Positions 1 through 10,963 of a stretch of 64,000 nt of DNA are shown here, one piece after another. The position numbers were made by a program, and so were the translations under genes. Origin of the DNA: Phycisphaerae bacterium. Lineage in GTDB: Bacteria > Planctomycetota > Phycisphaerae > WQYP01. Location: contig DASZZD010000079.1 in NCBI GenBank assembly GCA_035545015.1, positions 623 to 64,622 on the forward strand, written 5' to 3'. A model generated the notes under the pieces. That model was given only the letters and a program-made list of their open reading frames with translations. It was not told where the DNA came from and searched no databases. Position 1 is the first letter of the stretch, and each line of letters opens with the position of its first letter.

Positions 1-332
1 GCTACGTATCGAGCGTCGTGGACTTGGAATCCTGTCACGCTGTAGGTTGCAATGAGGGCCAACCAGTGATCCAGGAGTGATGGGGGTTCTGGGAGGAGGT
101 CAAAGAGTTGGCGATATCGGCTGATCCAGCGGGACATGCGGGGGCGATCCATGTCCAAGCCATTCGCGGACTTTGCGCGAGTCGCGACCGCACAGAACTC
201 ATACAGGGATTGATGGGCAATCACGAGTTTGGTGGCGGTGCGAGCTTTGAAGACGGCATCGAGGGCGGTTTTGTAGTTGGGGTCGCTACTGTCGGTCATG
301 CGGAGAAGAATATTTGCATCCAGCAGAATCAT
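1..332 (-). CDS. PIN-domain toxin (VapC-like), 5' part only; gene runs off the left window edge
   Basis: Reverse-strand translation from ATG at 332: MILLDANILLRMTDSSDPNYKTALDAVFKARTATKLVIAHQSLYEFCAVATRAK..., a typical PIN N-terminus (LLDANILL, acidic D). No stop before position 1. The ATG overlaps the stop of the upstream small gene (ATGA overlap), as in TA operons. Confidence 0.6.
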   Translation of the reverse strand, partial: MILLDANILLRMTDSSDPNYKTALDAVFKARTATKLVIAHQSLYEFCAVATRAKSANGLDMDRPRMSRWISRYRQLFDLLPEPPSLLDHWLALIATYSVTGFQVHDARYV

Positions 333-577
333 TCCCCAGGCATCCGGGTGTACATGGCTTCGCGGGAGTCATCCATGTGTCCGACGGAGACGGCGTCGGC
401 AGCGCCCTCGGCCATGATCCGGGCGAAGTCGGCGTCCGAAAGGGGTTTGGCTGGCGAAGAACCTTCGACGATGACCAAAGCGTTGGCGCTTCCCTGGATA
501 TGTGCCAGTTCAGCGTCCAGGGCGCGGGTGATCTGGTCGCGGATTTCCTGAGGCGTGCCAGTGACTTGAAGAATCAC
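329..577 (-). CDS. Putative antitoxin partner of the PIN toxin (Phd/YefM-like pattern, uncertain)
   Basis: 82-aa ORF directly upstream of the PIN gene with a 4-nt ATGA stop/start overlap. The central ALVIVEGSSPAKPLSDADFARIMAEG segment resembles the Phd/YefM strand-helix pattern. Family assignment is by weak pattern only. Confidence 0.4.
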   Translation of the reverse strand: MILQVTGTPQEIRDQITRALDAELAHIQGSANALVIVEGSSPAKPLSDADFARIMAEGAADAVSVGHMDDSREAMYTRMPGE

Positions 578-681
578 GGAGGCTCCTTAATTCTCATTGC
601 TATTATAGCGACGTGTTTCAAGGATGATATTTGAGCGTCGCCCTTGCGACCCCTGCGGAATCCGTAATTGAAAGCAGCAGA

Positions 682-1686
682 TCAGGGTTCGGGGGGTGAC
701 GGGGCGAGGGGGAGTTCGAGGATGAAGAGGGCGCCTTGGCCGGGGGAGCCTTCTTCGCGGATGGCGCCTCCTGCGGCGGTGATGAGTTCCTGGCAGATGG
801 TGAGGCCGAGGCCTGTTCCGCCGCGGGGGACGGTGTCTTCGGGGTCTGTGGGGGCGGCGGGGGTGGCGGCGTCGGGGCGTTTGGTGGAGAAGAAGGGGTC
901 GAACATGCGTTCGCGGACGTGGGGGGGGATACCGGGGCCGGTGTCGGCGATGCGGATTTCGGCGATTTTGCCGCGCTTGATGATTTTGCCGGAGATGGAG
1001 AGGCGTTTGATGGCGCGGCGTGGAGGACCGGTGGGGGCGGCGGGGGGCGGGGCGAGGAGGGCGGAGCGGGCGTTGACGACGAGGTTCATGAGGACCTGCT
1101 GGAGCTGGCCGGCGTTCATGGCGACGCAGAGGCCGGGTTGAATTTCGACGGTGAGGGTGATGCCGTCTTTACCGAGATCGCGCGAGAGGCAGGCGAGTGT
1201 TTCGGCGACGGCGGCGGCGACATCGGCGGCGGTGGATTCGTCGCCGCGGGCGAAACCGAGGAGGCTCTTGGAGATGTTGGCGAGGCGTTCGGCGCCGGTG
1301 AGGGCTTTGTTGAGGGCCTTGGTGCGGAGGGGCTCATCGCCTTTGTCGGAGAGGGCGAAGCGGGTGTAGGAGATCATCGGGGTGAGGATGTTGTTGAATT
1401 CGTGGGCGAGGACGGCGGTGACCATGCCGAGGGTGGCGAGTTTGTTCTGCTGGGCGAGGTTTTGCTGGAGCTGGTCGATGCGGGTTTGGAGGGCGTCGAG
1501 GGCGAGCTCGATGGAGGAGGCGTCGAGCAGGCCGAGGGTGGCGAGGGGGTTGGCGGGGGCGAGGGGTGAGGAATCCTGAAAGGAAGCGGGGGAGGAGGGC
1601 GGAGGGATGCGGCGGGGTCGGTTGTGGGAGCCGCGGGGATCGGGCGAGGCCGGGGAGGGGGAGGGTTCAGGAGGTGGGGGAGCCAC
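682..1686 (-). CDS. Sensor histidine kinase (soluble; Pro-rich N-terminus, coiled coil, HisKA + HATPase_c)
   Basis: H-box HEFNNILTPMISY, N/G boxes DTGPGIPPHVRERMFDPFFSTK and GGTGLGLTICQEL. No transmembrane segment and no adjacent response regulator. The true start may be an internal Met. Confidence 0.85.
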   Translation of the reverse strand: MAPPPPEPSPSPASPDPRGSHNRPRRIPPPSSPASFQDSSPLAPANPLATLGLLDASSIELALDALQTRIDQLQQNLAQQNKLATLGMVTAVLAHEFNNILTPMISYTRFALSDKGDEPLRTKALNKALTGAERLANISKSLLGFARGDESTAADVAAAVAETLACLSRDLGKDGITLTVEIQPGLCVAMNAGQLQQVLMNLVVNARSALLAPPPAAPTGPPRRAIKRLSISGKIIKRGKIAEIRIADTGPGIPPHVRERMFDPFFSTKRPDAATPAAPTDPEDTVPRGGTGLGLTICQELITAAGGAIREEGSPGQGALFILELPLAPSPPEP

Positions 1687-2017
1687 GGGGTTCCTCTCGG
1701 TGAGACTTGGGCACAGCAGGCGGGTGTTGGCCCGGCACAGCGGTAGGGTGTGTATCGTCAGGGGTGGGAGGCGCGCTTCATTGCGGGGCAGTTAAAACGA
1801 CCGAGAGAAATGGGGGATTTTGGTATTTTGCGGCAAATTGGCACCCTTATCGCGTGTATAGGGAGCGAGGGGTGCGCCGATCCCGTGCGGGACCGTTAAG
1901 TTGGAGAATCTGGAGCGTTTGTAGGGGTAGGAAGCTCAGCGGTTTATTTTTCGGACCCGCGTTTGGCCGAAATAAGTGTCTGGAGTGTGGGGGTTTTGAT
2001 GCGAGGAGGATTGCGTC

Positions 2018-2992
2018 ATGGTCGGCAAGATTTCAGCAACGGTTGTGTTGGCAAGCATTTGCGCATTTTCGGGGGGAGCGTTTGGACAAACTGCCCCGCA
2101 GCAGGCGCGGGTGCTGGTGTTTCCATTGCGGCCGATTCACCTGACGCAGGATACGGACTGGGTGCCGAAATCCGTGAATGAGAATGTGGTGGACGCGCTG
2201 GATCGGTCGGAGCAGTATGTGGCGATACCGTACGGGGGGGAGCTGGTGGTTCAGGACAACAATCAGGCGGCGCGCAATGCGCGACAGTCGAACTTTCCGC
2301 TGGCGGTGCGCGGGACGATTCAGGTGGTGGACACGCAGGTGCGGCTGACGGCGCAACTGGTGGATGCGCATGACGGCAGCGCGGTGCGGACGGCGATGGC
2401 GACGGGGGCGATGTCGGATCTGCTGAAGGTGGAAGATGATCTGGCGGCGCAGTTGCTGGGGGAGAAATCGGCGACGACCGGGAATGCGAGCACGGCGTCG
2501 GCGCCGGCGACGAATCCGGCGCAACCGCCGATTCAGATTGTGATTCAGAACACGCCGCCCGCGCCGGAGGTGCCGAATTATAACTATGCGGGGTATCCGT
2601 ATTCGGCGTATCCGTATCCGGGGTATCCGGTGGATTACTTTGGGGGGATTGGGTATCCGGGGGTGATCATCACGACGCCGGGGAACGGGGGTGGCCATCA
2701 TCACGGGCACGATCATGACCATGGGCATGATGGGCACGGCGGGGATGGGCATGGGGGTGGGCCGATTTACTTTACGCCGGGGACGCCGGAGGTGGGGCGG
2801 AATACGCCGGGAGGGCCGGCGTTTGAGCCTGGGGTGATAGGGGAGCCGGCGAATCCGTTGCCGCGGAGCAGCCCGGCGCCGGTGACGCCGGTGACGACGC
2901 CTGGGCCGGTGGCCTCGCCGTTTCATGCGTTGTCGGTGGGTCAGCCGGGGGTGACGGCGGGGGGGTCGCGGGATGGGAATGGGCATCGGTGA
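2018..2992 (+). CDS. Secreted hypothetical protein with a His/Asp/Gly-rich low-complexity block
   Basis: N-terminal signal peptide MVGKISATVVLASICAFSGGAFGQ. Internal GGGHHHGHDHDHGHDGHGGDGHGGG metal-binding-like tract. Plus-strand host-type G/T-ending codon usage. Confidence 0.6.
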   Translation: MVGKISATVVLASICAFSGGAFGQTAPQQARVLVFPLRPIHLTQDTDWVPKSVNENVVDALDRSEQYVAIPYGGELVVQDNNQAARNARQSNFPLAVRGTIQVVDTQVRLTAQLVDAHDGSAVRTAMATGAMSDLLKVEDDLAAQLLGEKSATTGNASTASAPATNPAQPPIQIVIQNTPPAPEVPNYNYAGYPYSAYPYPGYPVDYFGGIGYPGVIITTPGNGGGHHHGHDHDHGHDGHGGDGHGGGPIYFTPGTPEVGRNTPGGPAFEPGVIGEPANPLPRSSPAPVTPVTTPGPVASPFHALSVGQPGVTAGGSRDGNGHR

Positions 2993-3034
2993 GGGGTGCG
3001 CGATGTGGGTGAAGCGGCGCGTGTGATGCGGGAA

Positions 3035-3053
3035 CACGGGCGGGACGCCCGTG
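3035..3053. repeat. REP-like perfect hairpin CACGGGCG-gga-CGCCCGTG (copy 1), between convergent gene ends
   Basis: Identical 19-mer, also at 7534 and 63096, with conserved flank ggaacacgggcgggacgcccgtg. Confidence 0.8.
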
Positions 3054-3077
3054 CGACGGGGGGCTCGTGCTACGGAG

Positions 3078-4184
3078 TCATTTGCCTTTGACGAAGAAGG
3101 ATTTGATGGATTCGTAGATGTCTTCCTTGGCGTTGACGCGGTTGGTGATGAGGTTGTCGCGGCCGGGGAGGAGGTCGTGGAGGACGTTGATGAAGTTGCC
3201 GGAGCCATAGGCGCTGGCGACCTGGCAGTAGCCGAAGAGATTGGCGGAGGGGAGGATGTGTTCCTGAAGGAAGCGGCAGCATTCGCGGGAGTCGGATTCG
3301 GAGCAGTTGTCGCCGTCGGAGAAGTGGAAGAGGTAGATGTTCCACTCGTTGGGATCGTAGTGGGCGTCGAGAAGCTGGCGGGCGCATTTGAAGGCGGAGG
3401 AGATTTTGGTGCCGCCATCTTCGCGCAGGTGGTAGAAGGTTTGTTTGTCGACTTCGCGGGCCTGGACATCGTGGACGATGTAGCGGGACTCGATGCCTTT
3501 GTAATTGCGGCGGAGCCAGGTGTCGATCCAGAAGGCTTCGATGCGGACGAGTTCTTTTTGCTCGTCACCCATGGAGCCGGAGACGTCCATCATGTAGACG
3601 ATGACGGCGTTGGATTGGGGGGCGAGGACTTCTTTCCAGGAGCGGAAGCGTTTGTCGTTTTTCACCGGGACGATAACGGGGTTGGTGGGGTTGTAGAGGC
3701 CGAGCATGATCTGGCGTTTGAGGGCTTCGCGGTAGGTGCGTTTGAAGTGTTTGAGGGACTCGGGGCCGACGCGGCGGATGCCGGAGTATTTGTCGCGGAC
3801 GGTGGTGATTTGTTTGCGGCCCTTGGGTTCGATGCGGGGGAGATGGAGCTCTTCGCCGAGGATATCGGCGAGTTCTTCGAGGGAGACGTCGACTTCCATG
3901 AGGTGCTGTCCGGGCTGATCGCCGCCCTGTTTGCCATTGCCCTGGCCGACGGTCTGACCTTCTTCGCCGTCGCCGGCGCCGACACCGCCGGAGTTATCGC
4001 CGTAGCGGAAGGTGGGGATTTCGATGCCGTGGACGGGGATGGAGATGAGGTGCTTGCCCTCTTTGCCGATGAGTTCGCCGCGGGTGAGGAATTTGCGGAG
4101 GTCGCCGCGGATGCGGCCTTTGACGATTTGTCGGAAGCGTTGGTGGTCTTGGTCGATCATGAGGGAACTCTTAAGTTGGCTCAA
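3078..4184 (-). CDS. yeaH: YeaH/YhbH family protein (DUF444), partner of PrkA
   Basis: Full-length match in style to the UPF0229/DUF444 family (…VYMMDVSGSMGDEQKELVRIEAF…FHFSDGDNCSESD…). Lies downstream of prkA on the same strand. Confidence 0.85.
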   Translation of the reverse strand: MSQLKSSLMIDQDHQRFRQIVKGRIRGDLRKFLTRGELIGKEGKHLISIPVHGIEIPTFRYGDNSGGVGAGDGEEGQTVGQGNGKQGGDQPGQHLMEVDVSLEELADILGEELHLPRIEPKGRKQITTVRDKYSGIRRVGPESLKHFKRTYREALKRQIMLGLYNPTNPVIVPVKNDKRFRSWKEVLAPQSNAVIVYMMDVSGSMGDEQKELVRIEAFWIDTWLRRNYKGIESRYIVHDVQAREVDKQTFYHLREDGGTKISSAFKCARQLLDAHYDPNEWNIYLFHFSDGDNCSESDSRECCRFLQEHILPSANLFGYCQVASAYGSGNFINVLHDLLPGRDNLITNRVNAKEDIYESIKSFFVKGK

Positions 4185-4220
4185 TACGTTCAGTACGACC
4201 GGTTCGGGCGTCGGTAAATT

Positions 4221-4796
4221 CTATGAAGCTTCCGGCCGCAAGTTGTGTGGAAATACCACGAGTGTTCGCTTCGTGGGCATTTTGGCCGAAATCGTTTGGA
4301 AGCCTTCGAGATCGGGAATGCTGGATAGCGCCTGTCCAAGTTCCTGGGTAGGAGAAGTTCCGACAGGTTGGCTTACAGAATCGAACGGCTGACGGGCGTA
4401 GTTCGCTCTCCAGTCACCCGTCATTTCCTGAGCGGTAGTCCGAAGCAGCGCGAGTTGCGAGGGTCTGGTGATGTCCGCAATGCTCTGGAGTTGAACGCGA
4501 ATAGGCAGAATGGACCAAGGACTCGCGGGATTGGAGATCAAGAAGGGTGGTTGGCCTGATAAGGAGAGCGGTGACCCAAGAATTGCGCCGACCTCCAGAA
4601 GCGCGACCTGGTGATCTTCCGCAAGATACAGGACCTCGAATTGAGGAAGGGCGGTGGCCCCTTCGTTGTAGCGGGAAGCAGCCAGCGCGGTATGTGAAGT
4701 TGCGAGTGGTGTTGACAGAAATGACGGGTGAAAAGCCCGGTACCACATACCTGTCAATGGCCCTCGCAGCAGAGAGGGGCACCCTCCAAGATTCAT
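4221..4796 (-). CDS. RES-domain toxin (Res/ParT/MbcT family NAD-targeting toxin candidate)
   Basis: WYRAFHP…SRYNEGATALPQFEVLYLAEDHQVALLEV matches the RES-domain core (R…E…S). Codon usage and GC differ from neighbouring host genes. The real start may be the internal MWYRAF. Confidence 0.7.
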   Translation of the reverse strand: MNLGGCPSLLRGPLTGMWYRAFHPSFLSTPLATSHTALAASRYNEGATALPQFEVLYLAEDHQVALLEVGAILGSPLSLSGQPPFLISNPASPWSILPIRVQLQSIADITRPSQLALLRTTAQEMTGDWRANYARQPFDSVSQPVGTSPTQELGQALSSIPDLEGFQTISAKMPTKRTLVVFPHNLRPEAS

Positions 4797-5005
4797 GTGA
4801 ACATTCCGTAACGAATGGAGCGAAGAACCAGCCGAACGAAGTCTTCACGTCCTTCTTCGAGCAATTCCTTGGCGGATTTTCCGTAGAAAACTGTATTGGG
4901 GGTGTCGAACCACAGGTCGGCATCCTGGATTAGTTCGCGGGCGTCGTCACGAACATCGGCGTGTTCTCCGGGGAGAAGTTTAGGTACTACAGCTTGCTGA
5001 GACAT
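4793..5005 (-). CDS. Xre-like/DUF2384 antitoxin (short, C-terminal domain only) paired with the RES toxin
   Basis: ADLWFDTPNTVFYGKSAKELLEEGREDFVRLVLRSIRYGMFT matches the DUF2384 (ParS/MbcA) C-terminal motif. 4-nt overlap with the RES gene. Atypical codons (cta, gta, aca, gga). Confidence 0.6.
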   Translation of the reverse strand: MSQQAVVPKLLPGEHADVRDDARELIQDADLWFDTPNTVFYGKSAKELLEEGREDFVRLVLRSIRYGMFT

Positions 5006-5008
5006 CGA

Positions 5009-7075
<2,067 letters not shown>

Positions 7076-7458
7076 TTTGAGATTCTCCGTAAGGGGCCGG
7101 CCGGTGGGAACGGCGGGCCGGGTGTGGGGCGAGCGGGGCCCGCCCGTGGTGCAGAAGAAGGCGCGGGCGCGGGAGGCGTAGAGGGCGCGCGGGAATGGGG
7201 GGAGCGGAACGACCCCAAGGGGTAGTATCGTCCGGCGGGGGTGAATTCGGCCTTCTTTTGCGATTGTCAAAACAGAGGCGGGTTGCCCGGGCGGGCACGT
7301 CTGACGGCCGGTGGACTCGGGCCACGTCGCCGCGATGGCGGCCGACCTGGCGGCTGGGCGGGGGATATCCCCGCTGAAGTCAGTATAGCTTAACGCCACG
7401 GGGGGATGGGGAGAAAAAATACGGATGGTGCGGATTCGCGGACGGGCGGTAAATGGGC

Positions 7459-7484
7459 CACGAAAAACACGAAAGGCACGAAAG
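7459..7484. repeat. Triple 9-bp direct repeat CACGAAAnn (copy A)
   Basis: cacgaaaaa cacgaaagg cacgaaag. Near-identical 27-bp element at 44780. Confidence 0.7.
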
Positions 7485-7533
7485 TTTTTTGGGGGGATTG
7501 AGCGGAGAGATCCATGCTTTTGGCGGGACGGAA

Positions 7534-7552
7534 CACGGGCGGGACGCCCGTG
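7534..7552. repeat. REP-like perfect hairpin (copy 2), immediately 3' of the aldo-keto reductase gene
   Basis: Same 19-mer. Preceded 50 bp upstream by the triple CACGAAA element. Confidence 0.8.
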
Positions 7553-7558
7553 GCACGG

Positions 7559-8680
7559 TCAGGAGGCGAGTCCCATCCATTTGGGGTTGCGGGCGGTGCC
7601 GTCGAAGCGGTCGGTGGTTTTGAAGAGTTCGAATCGGCCCTCAGCGGCGGCGTCTTTGGTTTTGGCGAGGAGGGCGGCGAGTTGGTCTTTGGTCATGGGC
7701 TGGAAGGTTTTGGCGGCGGCGAGTGCCTGGTCGAGGATTTTGTCGCTGTCCATGCCGCAGATGACGGTGGCGACGGGGAGGTTCATGGCGTACTGGATGC
7801 ATTGGGTGGCGGAGAGGGTGTTGGAGCGGAGGAGGATGCCGCCGCCGAGGGTTTTCATAGCGAGGGGCGCGGTGCCGACTTTGAGGAGTTCGGGGACGAC
7901 GAGGTGGGCGAAGGAGCGGAAGTGGGCGTCCATGACGTTGAGGGGCATCTGGCAGGTGTCGAAGTGGAAGTTATGCTGTTTGGCGACGGCAAGCATGCGG
8001 AGGTGGATGGCGGGATCTTTGTGGCCGGTGTAGCCGATGAAGCGAATTTTTCCGGCTTTTTTGGCGTCTTCGAAGGCTTCGACGGCGCCGCCTTTGGCGA
8101 AGAAACGGTCGGGGTCGTCCATGCGGATGTTTTCGTGGAACTGGAGGAGATCGATGACGTCGGTCTGAAGGCGTTTGAGGGATTCGTCGAGTTGCTTGGC
8201 GGCGGCGTCTTTGGTGCGGCCGTCGACTTTGGTCATAAGGAAGACTTTTTTGCGGTAGCCGTCCTTGAGGGCTTTTCCCATGCGGACTTCGCAATCGCCG
8301 TCGTAATAGTCCCAGCAGTTGTCCATGAAGGTGATGCCGGAGTCGATGGCGCGGCGCATGATTTTGATGGCGGTGTCTTCGGCGGGGCCGCCGATGTGGG
8401 CGCCGCCGAGGCCGACGAGGGAGACGGTTTCGCCGGTGTTACCGAGCTTGCGGTAGAGCATGTCGCCTTTACGGGTGGATTCGGGGGTGGGGATATCGAG
8501 GACGGGATCGTGGACGGCGGGGTCTGGGCCGGAGGGGGTGGCGATGGGGGAGCTGGCCTGGGCGCGTGCAAGGGAAGCGGAGGCGGCCAGGGCGGCGGAG
8601 GCGGTGAGGAAATCGCGGCGGGAGGTGGGGGTCATGGGCGTCTCCGTGTGGGAGGGAGGCGGAAGAGGGGATTGTGTCAT
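7559..8680 (-). CDS. Aldo/keto reductase with twin-arginine (TAT) signal
   Basis: RRDFLTASAALAASASLA TAT motif. AKR core (…LVGLGGAHIG…GYTGHKDP…). Confidence 0.85.
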   Translation of the reverse strand: MTQSPLPPPSHTETPMTPTSRRDFLTASAALAASASLARAQASSPIATPSGPDPAVHDPVLDIPTPESTRKGDMLYRKLGNTGETVSLVGLGGAHIGGPAEDTAIKIMRRAIDSGITFMDNCWDYYDGDCEVRMGKALKDGYRKKVFLMTKVDGRTKDAAAKQLDESLKRLQTDVIDLLQFHENIRMDDPDRFFAKGGAVEAFEDAKKAGKIRFIGYTGHKDPAIHLRMLAVAKQHNFHFDTCQMPLNVMDAHFRSFAHLVVPELLKVGTAPLAMKTLGGGILLRSNTLSATQCIQYAMNLPVATVICGMDSDKILDQALAAAKTFQPMTKDQLAALLAKTKDAAAEGRFELFKTTDRFDGTARNPKWMGLAS

Positions 8681-8875
8681 CAGTGACGGGCGGGGGCAAT
8701 GGGGTGCAAAGGGCGGGCCCTGCGCGGATGAGCGTGTACAGGCTGTACGTTCGCCGAATGTGGCAAATGGACAATCGTTGCAACATATTGTTATTCCTCA
8801 CGTAAGAATTGTTTGAAACTGACGATAAGATGTCGCGTTTGGATAACTATGCGTCTATTTTGAGGCAGGGCAGAG

Positions 8876-9559
8876 TTGATATCGCGGTGGATTCGGATCG
8901 TGTCGGCCGGGGTGGTGTGCTTGGTGCTGCTGGGGACGAGGATTGCGCGCTCGCATGTGGAGGCGCGCTGGCGCACGGCGGGGTTTTCGGCGACGATGTT
9001 GGCGAACCGGGTGCGGCGGCCGGACATGCAGGTGGCGGTGCCGGAGCTGATCAACGGACATTTTGCGCCGCCGGTGGGAGCGACATCGTGTCAGATTTGG
9101 ACGGGGCGGGACAGTGGCGGGTGCGCGGAAACGGTGGGGGGGTATGATTGTTTTGAGTCGGTGAATTATCTGATCACGGGGGATGCGAGCCGGTGCGTGT
9201 ATCGGAATTGGGCGCGGGAGGAATTGGCGCAACCGGAATCGGCTGCGGCGTGGAATGCGTTCGAGCAGAAGCTGCGGGTGGGGGATGTGGTGGAGTTTGT
9301 GGCGACGGTGCGGTCGCCGGGGGGCGTGGTGACGACGAATCCGTTTCATGCGCAATTGTGCATCGGTGCGGGTGGCGTGATGTATGGGGCGAACAACACG
9401 CCGGCGTTTGAGGTGGTGCGTGGGGTGCCGACGATCGTGCGGCATTGGGATGTGTGCCGGCCGGAGGATTATTACTACGCGCTGCGGTCGATGGATGGGG
9501 CGTGGGCGATGTGCGGGTATCAGCAGACGTATCGGGTGGTGGTGTATCGGCGGCCGTGA
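8876..9559 (+). CDS. Hypothetical Cys-rich protein with N-terminal signal anchor
   Basis: Host-like G/T-ending codon usage on the plus strand. Hydrophobic N-terminus. No recognisable family. Confidence 0.5.
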   Translation: MISRWIRIVSAGVVCLVLLGTRIARSHVEARWRTAGFSATMLANRVRRPDMQVAVPELINGHFAPPVGATSCQIWTGRDSGGCAETVGGYDCFESVNYLITGDASRCVYRNWAREELAQPESAAAWNAFEQKLRVGDVVEFVATVRSPGGVVTTNPFHAQLCIGAGGVMYGANNTPAFEVVRGVPTIVRHWDVCRPEDYYYALRSMDGAWAMCGYQQTYRVVVYRRP

Positions 9560-9575
9560 TGCCACGCCGGGGGGG

Positions 9576-10472
9576 TTATTCGACGTTTTGGACTTGTTCT
9601 TTGATGCGGTCGATGGCGGATTTGATGTTGACGGTAAGGCGGGCGATGGCGGCGTCGTTGGCTTTGGAGGCGATGGTGTTGGCTTCGCGGAGCATTTCCT
9701 GGGCGATGAAGTCGAGTTTGCGACCGGCACCTCCGGCGTCGGGGTCGTCTTTCTCGCAGACGTGGTAGAACTGTTCGAGGTGGCCGCTGAGGCGGGAGAT
9801 TTCCTCGGAGATGTCGGCGCGGTCGGCGAAGAGTGCGACTTCCTTGAGGAGGTCGGAATCGGAGAGGGAGAGCTTGGCGTCGTTGACCATCTGGTTGACG
9901 CGGGTCTTGAGTTTTTCGTGGTAGGCGCGGACGACCTGGGGGGCCTGGGCGGCGACTTTTTCGAGGGCGTCGCGGATGACGGCGAGGTGCTTCTGGAGAT
10001 CGGTCCAGAGGGCGGCGCCTTCTTTTTGGCGCATGGCGTCGAGGCGAGCGAGGGCTTCGCGGACGAGGCGGAGAACGAGGGCCTGGTGGGTGGCGAGGTA
10101 TTCGGCGGAATCTTCGCCGGCTTCGACGACGCCGGGGAGGGTGAGGAGGTGGGCGAGATCGACGCGGGTGGGGCGGGTGATTTTCTGGGCGAGGGTTTCG
10201 ATTTGTTCGAGGTAGGTGGCCAGGACGGTTTGATTGATGGCGATGGAGGTGGTGGAGAGGTGGTCTTTGACGGAGACGGCGAGGACGAGGGATCCGCGGC
10301 CGATGGTATCGCGGAGGAGGCGGTCGATGTCGGGTTCGAGGTTGGCGAGCCTGTCGGGGAGCTTGATGACGGCTTTGAAGAAGCGGTTGTTGACGGAGCG
10401 GATTTCGACGGTGCAGGAGATGCCGTGCTCATCGGCGGCGATGGAGCCGAAGCCGGTCATGCTTTTAATCAT
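9576..10472 (-). CDS. yicC: YicC family protein (stress-induced endoribonuclease)
   Basis: N-terminus MIKSMTGFG and the YicC_N/DUF1732 layout. Confidence 0.85.
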   Translation of the reverse strand: MIKSMTGFGSIAADEHGISCTVEIRSVNNRFFKAVIKLPDRLANLEPDIDRLLRDTIGRGSLVLAVSVKDHLSTTSIAINQTVLATYLEQIETLAQKITRPTRVDLAHLLTLPGVVEAGEDSAEYLATHQALVLRLVREALARLDAMRQKEGAALWTDLQKHLAVIRDALEKVAAQAPQVVRAYHEKLKTRVNQMVNDAKLSLSDSDLLKEVALFADRADISEEISRLSGHLEQFYHVCEKDDPDAGGAGRKLDFIAQEMLREANTIASKANDAAIARLTVNIKSAIDRIKEQVQNVE

Positions 10473-10499
10473 CGTGGGCTCCGGGAGGGGCGCGGGGGA

Positions 10500-10889
10500 T
10501 CAATGGGCGGCTGGTGCGGAAGCGGAAGCGGGGCCGGGCTGGAGTGCGGTGGCGGGGAGGGGTTGCTGAGATTGCGCGGGGGCAGCGGCGCCAGCGCCTG
10601 CGGCGGGGAGTGTGGCGTTGGCGGTGGCGGGGGGCGCGACGCCGGAGATAGTTTCGCGGTAGCCCTTGAAGGCGAAATTGAGGCCGATGGAGAGGAGCAT
10701 GAAGACGACGAAGAGGACGACGGTGATGGTGGTGAAGACGTCGCCGGTTTTGGTGCCGAAGGCGGAACCGCCCCCGCCGCCGGAGCCGAAGGCGCCGGAG
10801 AGACCCCCGCCGCGGCCGCGCTGCACGAGCACGACGAGGATGAGGAGGATGGAGACGGCCATGAAGAGGAGGGTGAGTGCGGTGATCAT
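10500..10889 (-). CDS. secG: Preprotein translocase subunit SecG
   Basis: LVVLVQRGRGGGLSGAFGSGGGGGSAFGTKTGDVFTTITVVLFVVF is the SecG signature. Gene order tpiA-secG. Confidence 0.85.
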   Translation of the reverse strand: MITALTLLFMAVSILLILVVLVQRGRGGGLSGAFGSGGGGGSAFGTKTGDVFTTITVVLFVVFMLLSIGLNFAFKGYRETISGVAPPATANATLPAAGAGAAAPAQSQQPLPATALQPGPASASAPAAH

Positions 10890-10900
10890 TGGGGCCCAGG

Positions 10901-10963
10901 AGTCAGTAGTCAGGAGTCAATAGTCAGAAGTCAGTAGTCAGGGGTTAGTAGTCAGGCGTTAGT
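10901..10963. repeat. Heptanucleotide tandem repeat (AGTCAGN x9) in the tpiA-secG intergenic region / secG leader
   Basis: agtcagt agtcagg agtcaat agtcaga agtcagt agtcagg ggttagt agtcagg cgttagt, read directly from the sequence. Confidence 0.8.

Noticed and set aside
329-577. Anti-sigma-factor antagonist (STAS) assignment for the 82-aa protein
   Set aside because: This was my first impression from the ALVIVEGS segment. However, the gene overlaps a PIN toxin start by ATGA and is too short for a STAS domain, so an antitoxin role fits better. Family remains uncertain.
1838-1852. Possible sigma-54 promoter TGGCAC-cctta-TCGC about 165 bp upstream of the His-rich secreted protein gene
   Set aside because: The -24 element is perfect, but the -12 element is TCGC rather than TTGC, and no enhancer-binding protein is encoded nearby. 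This is too weak to report as a feature.
2033-3568. 511-aa minus-strand ORF, and many other long ORFs on the track (e.g. 736-1569, 3051-4217, 5588-7057, 7514-8686, 8855-10432, 9384-10937, 14781-16550, 17351-18562, 19309-20397, 21151-23220, 23311-25407, 27122-28798, 29685-31613, 31976-33694, 35719-37047, 38697-40058, 40001-40900, 42229-43338, 46017-47105, 47050-48366, 48345-49868, 49583-50950, 50625-52235, 54500-55735, 55012-56067, 56380-58795, 57432-59084, 59576-60595, 61071-62670)
   Set aside because: They are antisense or frame-shifted overlaps of recognisable genes. They are Arg/Pro/Gly/Ala-rich low-complexity translations typical of high-GC DNA, with no family resemblance, and they conflict with well-supported genes on the other strand or frame.
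10901-10963. CRISPR array or other spacer-repeat structure
   Set aside because: The repeats are 7-bp units with no spacers. No cas genes are present, and no repeat-spacer periodicity of CRISPR size occurs anywhere in the window.
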